From Gonapodya sp. JEL0774 (Eukaryota), in assembly GCA_027604505.1 (NCBI GenBank), contig JADIIX010000015.1, positions 1 to 64,000 on the forward strand: a stretch of 64,000 bases of DNA. The letters run 5' to 3'. The notes beneath the pieces were generated by a model. That model was not told the DNA's origin, ran no database searches, and saw only the letters and a program-made list of their open reading frames with translations. The translations under genes and the position numbers were made by a program. How positions within the stretch are numbered: position 1 is the stretch's first letter; the number at the start of each line of letters is the position of its first letter. This document shows, piece by piece, positions 1 through 12,723 of the stretch.

Positions 1-630
1 TGGCTCACTTGCAGCAAAGGAAGAAAGCTGGATTGATGTCCCTCTATCAAATATCTGTGACGTCTCTAGCAAGTATTTCTCTGCTACTTGGTGCTTAAAG
101 AGGTTTCAGGAGGGAGTGGGAAGTTTTGGAGGGGGGGTGGAGGAGGGGGGGAAGAAAAAAGAAGGAGTAAAGGGTGGAAGATGGTTTGAAGATTCAAAAA
201 AAACAATCAAGTACCAGCGGTGCGCAGCTTTCTGTCAAAGGAAGCCTGCATATCCTCCGTTGGTCCTAGTAGTCATACAATTTTTGTACGTCTATTGTAG
301 ATACTCAGAACCAGGACCTTATGGCGGGATGCCTCAAGAGTTCCAGGGAATTACGATGCAAAGTCAGGCAAGCACCAGAAAGAGCGATGTAGCAAACTCG
401 ACGAAAGAGGTATTGGAATCGACGGATTGAGGGAGATGGAGGGATTAAAAGTGGGAAAAGTGGCGAAGACGAGAACGCATTTAGTTAGGGGAGGGAGATG
501 CAGGGAAGAGAATGAAACGGATTGCATGACGCAGGGGCGGGCTGAAGAGGACATGGAGTGTGCAGAGCGAGAGGGGAATGGGTCTGTGGAGGGTTGGTTT
601 TGTAGATAGACACCGACCTTGCCAGTCATG

Positions 631-681
631 TCTCTTGAATGGTCATGTTGAATGGTCATGACCTCATGACCATTCAAGAGA
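631..681. repeat. 17-bp perfect inverted repeat with internal 13-bp tandem duplication
   Basis: tctcttgaatggtcatg (631-647) is the reverse complement of catgaccattcaagaga (665-681); ttgaatggtcatg is repeated at 635-647 and 648-660. Confidence 0.85.
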
Positions 682-948
682 TCTGTGTATTATGAGGGTC
701 GTATCTCGCGCGCCCCGGACCCTTCCCCAAATTCTCTTTAACGTCGTCTCAGGTGGCAACTGCTCGGGGGAGAGGGATCGGGACCCTTGCTGTGGACTCG
801 CTTGCGGTAATATGTGCTGCGGGGATTCGGTCATTCTCAAAATACATGAATCGGTTGACAAGAACGTACAAGAATAATAGATAAACGAGGGCAAAGAACA
901 CATTATACAAAAAAGGCAATAACCGTGCAACGCTGCAACAGCCGAAAT

Positions 949-2889
949 TCACAGTGAGCTCCCATCGCCGTGCTTCACATCCCCTTCATCCCGAACTCCA
1001 GTAGACCAGGAACTATCTGCCATTTCGTTTCCCACCACGGTCGTCAAGCCCACTTGCGCCCCTTCCGCTGTAACCACCTCAGTTGCCCTGCCAGCAACCA
1101 CAACTTCTTCAAGAGGCTCCATATATACAGGCGGTGCGACGGAGTTGCTCGGTTGGGGACTAGCTCGAATTCCTTGTCTACCCACATTTCCTAATTGAAC
1201 CTCATCCGAGTGCCCAACCAATTCATTACTCGCATGCGTGGAGTAGGCCGGTGCAGGAGGTTCTTCCCTGTGCCGTTCACTCGGCCAAATACCTCTGCCT
1301 CCACCCAACCATATGAGTACACCGCGGCCCCTGTTGGGTACATTCACGATATTCGGACGAGACCGATTGAAACCAGCTGCATCTCCTGACATCCCTACAA
1401 TCTTCATGAATGCGGCTCGTGGCCGGCTCGTAGATGTGGGCTTCACCCGCCACAGCGATCCTGCGTCGGTTTCGACTGAAGGGATTGGGGAGTCCTCAGT
1501 GGCAGCGGTTTGTGGGCGGGCGGGGGGAGGGAACATGGTATCAGGCGGAACGGAGGTCTCACGACTGAAGACTTGCCCGTAGCGAGGGGGAAGCGTCTCT
1601 GCAACATGGACTGAAGGGACAAACGTGGGCGGATGCAGCCGTATACAGACAGACTGTGGTGGAGGATGAAGAAGGAAGGATCATCATTTCGATGAAGATG
1701 GAGGAATCGGTACATTCAATAGTCGCTTGCACCGGTACTCACCACATACGGTGGCGTTCGAATTTGCACGTTGAAGTAGTCGAACATGCCCCTGTTCAGA
1801 GATTCGTCCGATCTAAGGAACCACTCAATTCCAGAGGTGCTATCAGCCTGATTGAAGAAGCCCAAAATAGTGGTAAGGGATCCATAGAACTGAGTTTCGG
1901 AGTCGGTGATGCAGTATCAGAGTTTGCTTAGCAGTAAAAGACTGAGGAAACACACACGTTCACGTTGGAAATGTAAAATTTGGCGAGCCAGAGAAGGCAA
2001 GATCCGATTATCATTGCCGAGAGCAACACGTTGACTGAAGAATGTGCGAAAGTATGACATGGTGAAACACTTGAGAAAACCTGCCGACAAGATCCCACCC
2101 AAAATGGTTGACGCGGTGCTGGACGAGCGAACAGCGAACACAGCAAAAGCAACAGAAAGTAGGGGGCACATGATTATGTAGAAGAAAGGGTACCTGAATT
2201 TGGGGAGAACATTGGCCGATTCAACATCACATCGCTGTGCGAAGTTACTCTTGACTTGATGAGTAACCCACCAAGGCTGAAACAAAGTGAATGGCGGACT
2301 TCGTTTATTGAGGAGTTCTATTCGCGCTCGGTATGGCGCCAGGTCCATCTTGGAGTCTCTCAGCAACAGACCGCTTGTCGAGGCGTATACACTGACTCAC
2401 CAACCCTGTCACTGCGATGGGCATATCCTCGTTCAGCCATATACATCGACTGTTCACTGGAAACGGGAACGCGGTGGGGGAGAAAAGAGAATGTTATATG
2501 TATGACACCGCAGAGACTTCATGTTGTTCTGCTCAAAGGGACAGAAAACATCATTTCCAATCATGAAAGTGGAGAACACTTACTGTAGTGACAACCTGAC
2601 TCCACCTTTCGAGAGATGGAAGCTCGTCGATTGACATGAAAGCGAAAGCCAGACAAGAAGTGCATACCTCGACACGATAGGGAATCTATGAGCAAAAAGG
2701 AAGAATCAAAAAGACAGTTCGAAGATTCGCTAGATTCAGCATCATCATGCGGAGGTGAGCAAAACTCCGTATCACCTCAATCCAATCACCCTCCATGCGC
2801 AAAGGCCGCTCCAATGTCTGAATGTGATCATCAGGATGGAAGAATGGTAAAATTGGTTCTGGCGAACTTCGCCGCGGCTCAGAAGTCAT
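949..2889 (-). CDS. hypothetical multi-exon membrane protein (about 2 TM helices, low-complexity C-terminus)
   Basis: Minus-strand ORFs 2686-2964, 1917-2366 and 949-1536 can be joined through GT-AG introns (e.g. ...RTPPYV|SVCIRLHPP...MFPPPARP); hydrophobic segments YIIMCPLLSVAFAVFAV and TILGGILSAGFL; no family recognised. Confidence 0.55.
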
Positions 2890-3269
2890 GATTGAAGGGG
2901 TGAAACGGTTGGAGGATTTATCAGTTGCGCATAAACTTTTCATTCTGCACATCATTATGACCACTACTGCTATTGTGCCTCATGTCCCACTCTGCATGAG
3001 TGCGTCCAAACGAAATACAAGCGAAGTACAGAATGCAAGATAATTTTCATTCTCTGTCTCTCTCCAATCTCGCTGTGGTCTGCGCTCGAAGTACTCCAGC
3101 AGTCCAGGTAACTCGTCAGTTTGACTCTTGCATAAAACGCTTCCAATACATTAATGTTTTGTACACCAATCCCTCTTCTATCTGCCATTTCTGAATCTTT
3201 TCAGTAATTATAGTGTGGGGTGACCTTCCCACCTACACCGGATGGAAGTCCGTGGAAAGTGCCCGCGCG

Positions 3270-6187
3270 ATGTCTGAAACGTCGTTTTCTGCAGATTCGC
3301 AAGTCCCAAAAAAGAAACCCAAGATTTCTCAGAGCGGGTCGTCTGCCAAACCTACTGGCCCTCTCTTCTCCTTTCCTCCTCCAGCAGAAGCGCGGACAAC
3401 TTCACCTCCGCTACCACATCAGACGAGAAAGATGGACGTTGATTCAGACCACATGGATGGAGAATCGGAGACGGTAATGTCAGCGGACGACTGCAAGCAG
3501 AAAGGAAACGAAGCGTTCAAAACGGCAAAGTATGTCATTCCACTTCCCTCCCATCCAGGGGCGAGCTTGAACGGAGCTCTGACCGGAAACTAATCCCTAT
3601 ATGTATTCAGGTACGAGGAGGCAATAGATTGGTACTCCAAAGCAATGGGTGGGTCTTCTTGAATAGGGATTGGGTGAAGATTCAAGTTGCACATCATTCT
3701 AAGGACGATGGGCGATGGATGCTGTGCACTGCAATTACTCTCTTATCTTACTATTGGACTGGAGATACAGCGTGTGGAAACGGCTGTGGCTCACTTTGAC
3801 GGGAGTGTCTTACAGCGTTCACCGCAAGAATGCAATCTAACGCACTTGTCTCATTCCAAATCCTCCACCATCCCCACCGGAAAGCTGCGGATCCTGCGTC
3901 TCCCACTCTTCCACTCAACCGCGCTGCCGCCTTCATCATGATTCGCAACCACTCTGCGGCTCTCGACGACGCCGCACTTTCCATCCGACTTGACGCAACC
4001 GTCAACCCCAAAGCATACGCTCGCGCCGCCAAAGCCGCTCTGGCTATGACCAAGTCACCGTCTCAAGTAAATGGAGTCGTACCAGGTATCAGGACCAGCA
4101 TTGGTGTCAATGGAAAAAGCAATGGAATGCACCCTCTGCTATCTGGGGAGAACGGCCCTGTTTGGTGGTTGAAGAAAGGAATTGAAAGGGCTGCATCAGA
4201 CAGAACTTCGAAAATAGCTCTAGAAAAGGAGGTAGAGTTTCTTTTTTTGTTTGCCCAGCGACAGGCTTTCGCTGCTCCATGTGCTTACTCATCTGCTTCT
4301 GTTTACCAGCTTGCTCCCTTTCCCAAGCTCTCCGAACTCCTCCACAAAGTCCCTGAGGCCCTTTTCCAATCAGATTATAAAGCCGCACTCGAGCACCTTG
4401 AGAGCGCTTTTCGTGTGGCAGATCCGCAGGTCGGGTACTCAGCAAGGGACAGTGAAAAGAAGAGTAAGTGTTTATCGTTGTTTTTTGCTGCGCGCACTCA
4501 GAATTCTAGCGCAAAAGTAATCTCAGGTTCCTACAGCATTCTCCACAATTCCTCCCCATTCCGCCACGTCAGGAGCAGATTCCATGGCAGGCGTTCCTCT
4601 TGAGTGGCGCGTTCTCAGGGGACAGATTTTGTGCGCACTGTGTGAATTCGATGAAGCGCAGAAGGTGGCCAGGTGATTTGATGTCGAAGCAGTTTTGGAC
4701 AAGCCACAGACTGACCCTATCCGACTCCAAAGTGCTCTACTTCCCCTCGCTCCCACTTCTCCCACCATCCTTGTTCTCTTAGCTGGTACTCAGTTCCTCC
4801 GTGACAGCCCTTCCTCCCACGTGTATCCGTACCTTACCAGGTCACTCCAATACGACCCCGACCACACGCCCAGTCGACACCTCCTGAAACTCGCCAAGCG
4901 AGTGGAACGATTGCGAGCAGAAGGAAATGATGAGTTTGGTAAAGGTCGACTCGATGCAGCGAAGGCTAAGTGGGAGGAGGCCGAGAGGGATGTATTTGTC
5001 GGAATGACCGCTGGGATGCTTGGTTGGTGGAAAGAGGAAAAGGACGAAGAAGGGGGTGTAGAGCTCAAGCGTGGTAAATCTGTGACGGAGATGGAGGGAG
5101 AGGCATGGAGGGGCGGAGTTGTCCGAGTGAAGTTGTTAAGTAATCTAGCCAACGCCGCGAGCAAGGTAACGATTACTCACACTTGCAACCGTTCATTGAA
5201 ATTGACGTGCTGCTGCCTCTCACAGTCTTCGGCATCCGACGCCCTCGCCATCTCCAACGAAGCAATCTGTTTACTTTCTATTCTCTCTCATCCTTCTAAT
5301 CACGCTACAATCCACGCGCAAGAGATGAAGTCCAGTCCTTACGAGGCCTTGTTTCTCAAACTCCACCTTCGCAGAGCAGATGCTGAATCTAAACTCAACA
5401 TGTGGCAGGATGCAGTGCGGGATTACACCCTCTGCGAAGGCATTAAGGGGAAGGATGCAGGTATGGCAAAAAGTCAATATCACGATGGTAGCATTGGCCT
5501 CATTGTATCGCTCGTCCAGATATTGCCCGGGCACTGAGGAACGCAAAAGCAGAAGCCAAGCAGGCATCAAAGAAGGACTACTATAAGATTTTGGGTGTCG
5601 ACAAGAGCGCAAGCGAGGAAGAACTGAAAAAGGTCCGGTTTTGAGACTCCAAGTACTCCATCTTCACACGTTGCTTTACCACAGACATCAATCTGTTTTC
5701 TTGTTCTTTTTTTGCAACTCTGTTGACCCAGGCGTATCGTAAGATGGCTCTTAAGTACCATCCGGATAAAAACGCTTCGCTGTCTGAAGAGGAAAAAATC
5801 CAGGCAGAGAAACAGTTCAAGGACGTCAGCGAAGGTGAGTAAGGAGGTTTATGTTGTTCAATTTGCAGTCGCTGACTCTGGTTTTCGCCATTGTTGCGGA
5901 ACGATAAATATTTGTTAGCGTATAACATACTTACCGATACAAGAAAGCGGCAGATTTATGATGCAGGCGGAGACTTGGACGGTCCGGACATGGATAGTGG
6001 AATGCCCGGAATGCATGGAATGCCTGGAGGAGTGGATATGCAAGATATCTTGCAAATGTTCTTTGCACAGCAGGGTGGTATGCCTGGAATGGGCGGGTTT
6101 GGAGATGGACACGGTCATCCTTTCATGGGCGGGATGGGTGGCGGAATGCCGCACGGCCGGAGGGGTCGTGGTGGCCATCGGCATTGA
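3270..6187 (+). CDS. TPR + J-domain co-chaperone (DNAJC7/Tpr2-like)
   Basis: TPR starts ([32 protein letters not shown]); J domain [33 protein letters not shown]...FKDVSEAYNILTD; G/M-rich tail. Confidence 0.9.
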
Positions 6188-6407
6188 TTGTATTACTGGA
6201 CAGAATTTTTTGAGCCAATTAGCACTTATTCAAAGAGTCGGATAGAGCAGTGCCGATCAACGATTCTGCTAATCGGAATCTTCTTTGAATGTGTCATGGG
6301 GATTCTGACATGACGAGCACGGAAGCTTTGGTCACTGCCGACCCATTGTTATAAGAAAGTCCACTACCGCACACCTTCTCACCATTTTCAGGGGGGGGGG
6401 TCACTCA

Positions 6408-9150
6408 ATGCAGTCCTCGGTGACGAGCAATACCGCACTCATCCGATCCATCACTCGCAAATCAGTCTTCGCGCCCGCAATTGCAACCAGTCTTGGCTGC
6501 GCACAGTTGACTGGCGGCAACAGTAGTTCGCTCACCTCGAAATCAGCTCCTCCTGGGAGCCCCATCACCGCATCGAAGTTTGGAAAAGCACCTAGTCGAC
6601 TGGTTTCTGTTGAGAAAGGTGTGCAGTCGGTGACTGCTGTTCTTTCGCGAAGACAGGTGCGTGATGTTCGGTTTTGGGAAGATTTGAAGTTTCCATATGT
6701 TTCGTCGCATTCGCGCGTTGTGCTCCACTTCCACATGATGGTGTTCCTCACTCTCTCACTCCAATACATGCGACACGCATTCTGCTGAACCCATAGATGT
6801 CCACCCCAATAGTACGACCTGGGCCCCAAACGGCTGGTCCCACCGATCCTGAGGTCGTCCGCAAGCATCTTGATAATGCTCGCCTGATTGTTCTCAATCG
6901 ACCGAAAGCTCTAAATGCACTTTCGACGTCCATGTGCCTCGAAATGGTAGCTGCTCTGGAGGTGAGCATTCTCGATCCTCCTGATATGTCGCAGGGACGA
7001 GAGGATGACCAAGGGTTTCATCCGGAAGATGAGCTTTGTCTGCGATGTCAGATCGGTGGCATGCTGATTTTGCGGGCTCTTGAGTAGGCAGGCCTGGAGA
7101 AAATAGCCGGTTTGAGTTGCCTCTCTATGGGAATTCTATCCGGTTTCCAATTTTACAGCCCGACTTTCTAAAATTGTGACCAACTTTCCAGAGTTGGGAC
7201 AAACTCGAAAACGTCAGTACAATCATTCTTACACACAGCCCGGAAGTAAGAGCATTCTGTGCGGGAGGCGACATAAAAAGTATGTGCCAGCGGATCACTC
7301 TTGCAATTATTGCTCCATATCATCTCCGTTTCTCGCATCGAAGACGTTGCTATTGATGCCAAGAAGGGCGATTTGCATTCTGCGCTGTCCTTCTTCGACG
7401 AAGAGTACAAGTTGGACCACATGATCGCCACTCTTGACACACCGTTCATCAGCATAATGGATGGGATCACAAGTGAGTGGTATACCTAAACCTATCCTGA
7501 AGTTGCCCATCGGAACATCGGCTTTCGTTTGCCACTCCCTAATCCGGAATACTTCCTCAATACCAGTGGGCGGAGGTGTTGGTCTTTCTGTTCATGCACC
7601 GATTCGAATTGCGACGGAGCGAACTCTTTTCGCTATGCCCGAGACAGCTATTGGCTTCTTTCCCGATGTGGGGGCGTCGTTTTTCCTCTCCCGCCTCGAT
7701 GGTGAGCTGGGAACGTACCTCGGTCTCACTGGAAGACGGCTCAAAGGCGAGGAAGTCTTGTGAGTGTCTGCTCTCGGGGGAAGTTACTGGTTTGTGATAA
7801 ATGGTCCGTTGAACACATTCCAGGCTTGCCGGAATTGCCACCCACTATGTACCCCAAGCCCGCATCCCGGCGTTGATCGAGCGACTTTCTCAACTTCCTT
7901 CCAAGAACTTACTTGCCGTCCAGCAGGCTGTGGAAGAATTCGTAGCAGAGCCTCCAACCACAGAAAAGTGGAACTCGTGGGCGCTCGCGGGTGCCAACCG
8001 GGAGGTAATCGATCGGTGCTTTGGAGGAAAGGAAGACGTGGAGGATATTCTAAAAGCTCTGGAGAAAGATGAGGTGAGCACAATTTCCAGGGTGCGGTTT
8101 TGAACACAGCAAGTCTCGGCTGTTGAATCAAGCGCCTCTATGCAGAGCCCGTTCGCGAAGGAGACTCTCGACTATCTTACGAAGATGTCACCCACAGCAA
8201 TGAAAGTGTCTCTGACACAGATTCGGAAGGGCAAGGTAATGGACATTGCAAACGTGTTCAAGATGGAGTTTAGATTATGCCAGGAGTTTGTCGTGAGTAG
8301 CGAGTTGTGGTTATTTTTTTGCACATATATCAAGCAGCCTTCGTTTCAACATTCAGGACTTTCAAAACAACTCTCCCGACCTTCACGAGGGTGTCTCCGC
8401 CGTTCTTATACGAAAAGACAACGCTCCGCAGTGGAACCCGCCCCTGGAATCCATCACTACCATTAAACTCCCATACATTAGGCGCACGTACTTCGCAACC
8501 GTCGAAGATATGAAGAGTCGAGGAAAATCTTACAACGATGTCGAACTGAAGAATGATCGGACTTACTTCGAGTACCCTCATCGTTTCGTTACCGGGTTTC
8601 CGAAGGAGGATGACGTGGAGAACGTTGTCAAGGGATATGTCAAGGGTCTCAGTGACTACGCTCCGACGAAGGCGGAGGTTGTGGATTGGTGAGTCGAATC
8701 TAAAGGTTGACTGCGGTATAGGTTCGATTGTCCAACCGTACTTGTGGTCGCGGGTTCATGCGCTAGGTTCCTTAAACACTGGGGTGCCTTTCCAAACCCA
8801 CCAGTTGACAAAGATCCTTACGCAGCTACAACGCCAGTACCACCGCTTCACCCGAAGCCCTCGATTCCTTACCTTTCTACGTCTCGCCTTGGACCTTACG
8901 GCTCTAAGGCCTTCGAACCTCCACCCTCAGTTTTGGCTGATTTGGTAGGTTTCGGGAGGGCGAAGAACGGTCTCAAGGAGAGGGTTGAGGCTGTTCTCGA
9001 GAGCGCATGTAAAGTGAAAGATGCTGAAGGCGTCGAATACGTCGAGTGAGTGGACGGTCTCCTTTATATTCGCACAGTTATTAATGATTACTGGACATGA
9101 CCAGATGGGCAGGAGTTGGAAAACTGGGATCAGCACGGGGGAAAATCTAG
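6408..9150 (+). CDS. EHD3: 3-hydroxyisobutyryl-CoA hydrolase, mitochondrial (crotonase family)
   Basis: [73 protein letters not shown]-terminal transit-like exon 6408-6656. Confidence 0.92.
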
Positions 9151-9748
9151 ATAATATTTGTCTACGCAATTCTTGTTGTCCGCCAAATAGAGTTTTGCAC
9201 GGGGAATGGCGTGCAACAGCGATCCCGCATTTGCCAACTGACCTCTCCATCCCATCATTTTCCTGACCTCGAGTGTAGGTATATACCCTACCATTAGAAA
9301 TGAATGGAGAGGGTTCTTTGAAATACACGTTTGTGGTTCCACCTAACTGCACTTAAAATTTCGGCCTGCTGCGCCACAACGAGCTCCCACCCACCGCGTG
9401 ACCACTGCTGCACTAGAAACTCAAATAAGCTCGCTCCATCACTCTCGTTCTCCCTCAGCACACCTTTAATAACTCCCCTACTAATACTGTGAGGCTCCAA
9501 GGTAGCACGGGTGGAGAAAGTGTGTGCGAGAGTTACCAAAACTGAATGGATAACGCTCCGTTCTCCTCCATGACATAGGAAAGTGACTTCACTTCAAATC
9601 AACCAAGTATCGATTTAGCTGTGATCGTTCTCAGTGAGCTTATTGAATCGAGGTCATCCGAATAAGTTGTAGGAATGGTCAAGGGTAAACTTTTTCCCGC
9701 CGCAGCTACCCCTGAAACTACTCAGAACAAAAAACCAACAAGGCAAAG

Positions 9749-10396
9749 ATGGGGCAGATATACAGACTTTTCCTCGACTCGAGCGACTCGGATTCTTCAG
9801 CGCCTAAAAGAGTGTACGGCTGCGTTATGTGCAGAACCCACTTATCCACGAACGATTCGATTATATCCAAGGTAGATATGCTGTTGGACCGTTCCTGCTT
9901 CCACAAATAGCTTCTCCTGACCGTGCTCTCTGGACTTTGAACGGGATCAAACAAGACCTTTCAAGGTGGGCCTTTGTTGAACCCCTGCTTCGATAAATTT
10001 TGCCGCAAGCTCTTGGGCAACGTCCTTCGTTTGAATAGGACACACTGGCAAGGCGTGGTTGTTCCACCAATGCGTCAACGTCATTGAAGGCCCGTCGGAA
10101 GAGCGTAGCATGACGACGGGCATTCATGTTGTGAAAGATATTGGTTGCGCCCAATGTGGATCTGGTAGGCCAAGGCATTTTCTGAAGCATCTGATCAAAT
10201 CAAGAACTCAACTGGATTTTTCGACCTCATCTGAACAGTCGTGGGTTGGAAATACGAGAAAGCTTACGAATCAACGCAAAAGTACAAAGAAGGAAAGTAC
10301 AGTAAGTAAGATGCGGTCTCCTCGTTTGATCTCTACATTTCAACAGCGCGATTCGACATAGTACTGGAAAGAGCATTACTCTGCGAGGTCTCCTAA
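9749..10396 (+). CDS. yippee-like zinc-binding protein (YPEL/Moh1 family)
   Basis: Spliced: YGCVMCRTHLSTNDSIISK...GHTGKAWLFHQCVNVIEGPSEERSMTTGIHVVKDIGCAQC...VGWKYEKAYESTQKYKEGKY.LERALL. Confidence 0.93.
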
Positions 10397-11431
10397 GTTG
10401 CTCACACAAGCCAAGTCGCCAGCACAACATTTCGCTTAACGGATCAATCACAACTCCTTCCCTCCCTAAGCCCTCAAACCGAGACGGAAATTGTGTATAT
10501 ACGCGAACACTCCAATATTCTCTCTCGCCACCCCCACCCTCCCCTTCCCCTTCCCGGGCATACCCGTGCGGCGTAGCGAGATGGAATTCCTTGGTCCACC
10601 GATCCCCCGAGAAAGTTCGAACCCCGAACAATAAGTAAGAAATAAATATTCTTCTTTTCCCTTAATGCCTACAGAAGATGTAAAGAGGATGCGCCCTTTC
10701 AATTTTATGATTAGTCCCGTTTGTTTACAACATCGCCACTGTTTTTCATTGCTCATCCTCCTCAATCCGCATCCGCACTTAATAGACATAATTCACACAG
10801 ATGTTGTGGTTCCTCTAGGGGTGTGCAGCAGAACGAGCCTATTATACACAATTATGATGATCCACGTACTTCATCCCGTGCTTCATGTGCTGGCGGTGAT
10901 TGTTTCTCGTGATTTGCTGTGTGCGCCTTGGCACAGTTACCAACAGCCCCATAGCCGCCCCATTAAAATGATTTAGCTTTGCAATGGATGAAATTGTCCT
11001 TGGGTGATCTTTCACCGTTTGTGACTGGGGCCTTGTTATGACTCAAGGGGTTGAAGTTCGAGTGGATAGCCACGATACCCGTGAGAGGAGATCGCAGCTG
11101 TGACAACGTGGTCCACTCCATTCAGAATTATTACCTACACGATTAGCGGACAACCTGTGGATCAGCGATCCGCCTTTGAACTCGCTCTCTTGACTGCGAG
11201 CTTACGACTGCATGAGGTTTTTGGTCACGTCAATGTTGAGAGCGATAAGAATGGAGAAAGGCACAGTGAAGAGGCCGACTGGTCAAGGGACGGTAAAGCA
11301 GTCTGCAAATCTTCGGTTCGTGGGAGGGGCTGGTCAGAAATAATCTCCATGTGATTAAATTTATGAAAGAAACACCAAATGTGCGTAATTGAAAATCACG
11401 GCAAGGGATTGTCAGTCGGTCATTGATACTA

Positions 11432-12470
11432 TCAAGTTGTGGGTCTGTTCAATATTGCTCTTTCGGAAACTATCCCAGGACAAGTCCATTCAGCACCTTC
11501 TTCGATCCGTGTTTCGTCTTCCCCGTCAAGCAGTCCATGTCGCCGCAAGTATTCCTTAGAGGCCATTGAGTATCCTTCGCTACAACCCACGGCGCGAGTA
11601 GAACGACTCCGACCGTCGGCGAAAGTGGGCTGAATGGGAATGGCAAAATCGACATAATAGCGCCAGGAGAGAAAAAGATTGCGTGACGACTCACCTCACT
11701 GTTGCTTGCCGTGAATGTGTCCGCGTCAGCGTAGAATGAGTGGTACTCAATGCGGGGAACTGAAATGGATGCGAGTGATGGTGGAGAGGATTTCTCACTG
11801 CGATAGGAGGTAGTATCCCAGGCATGGGGCAGAAGAGATTCGTGCGCAAACCGGACCGACGATGTCCACGACGAATGATGGTTTAGATTGGGTACGGGGG
11901 AACATGATGCAGCGGTCGACGAGGCATGGACCTCACTGAAAAGTGGAGGTGCATGCGATTCTCGACGTATTTTCTTCAATTCGCTATCAGGGAAGTCTTC
12001 CTTCAATGTGTCGGAAATCGAATCTAAACGGCGGCAAGCTCCGTGTCCAAGTGGGTCTCCAACTCGGACGTGAATGATCTGTCTGAGTCAAGGAGAATCT
12101 CCTTAACGCGTACAATAAGCTGGGACACAATATCCTCGTGCTTTGTAGTTGCAAGATCGACAATCTTTGAGCCGGTAACTGAGTTTGAATTCATCAAGCG
12201 AGAGGCCGAGGGAAGAAAGACGATGTATAGCGTCCATCTGCAAGCACTTTTTTCTGGCCCCATAGCATTGAGTACCTGTTCATTGAATAGATTTGTCTGT
12301 CAGGCATTTCATCAATTGGTGGAAAGAGTGGATGTGAGAGAGGAACCTCGGGATAGTCCTCCCCCGATTTCACTGAAACCACCCCATACCTTTTCCTTCG
12401 ATTTTCAGGGATAAGTGCGATAACTCCCAAAACTGCACGGTTAAACGCTCTTCTAATCCTGCGGACCCTG
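11432..12470 (-). CDS. hypothetical protein with C-terminal STAN-like motifs (STIL/Ana2-like); 5' end uncertain
   Basis: Phase-0 intron 11630-11694 joins SVPRIEYHSFY...SNSE to a 66-codon last exon containing YSMASKEYLRRHGLL. Confidence 0.5.
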
Positions 12471-12723
12471 TCTTCTATTGGCTTTCATCCCCAACATCCA
12501 TCATCCCTGGATCATATTGTCTGTTACTGTTCTTGATTTGCACCATCTGACCTCGACCCTGGCGGTACCGTCTGTGTTTTGTGAATTTATGTCGGTTGTT
12601 GTCCGATTTTCATCATCTCATACTCTCATCATATTGGGGATGAACGATGTGTTTCTAGTACCGCGGACCAGGCTCGAGGTTCCCTTCACCCACGTATCCG
12701 AACTAGTTACTATCTTCCTGTGA

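Noticed and set aside
116..609. Short plus-strand G/E/K-rich ORFs
   Set aside because: Purine-rich strand of a pyrimidine-rich promoter or 5' UTR region of a minus-strand gene that leaves the window; no coding signature
1917..1925. In-frame TGA preceding an open frame (possible selenocysteine)
   Set aside because: Lies inside a plausible intron; no selenoprotein family motif or SECIS recognised here or elsewhere in the window
6390..6400. G homopolymer just upstream of the EHD3 ATG
   Set aside because: Simple homopolymer with no supporting structure
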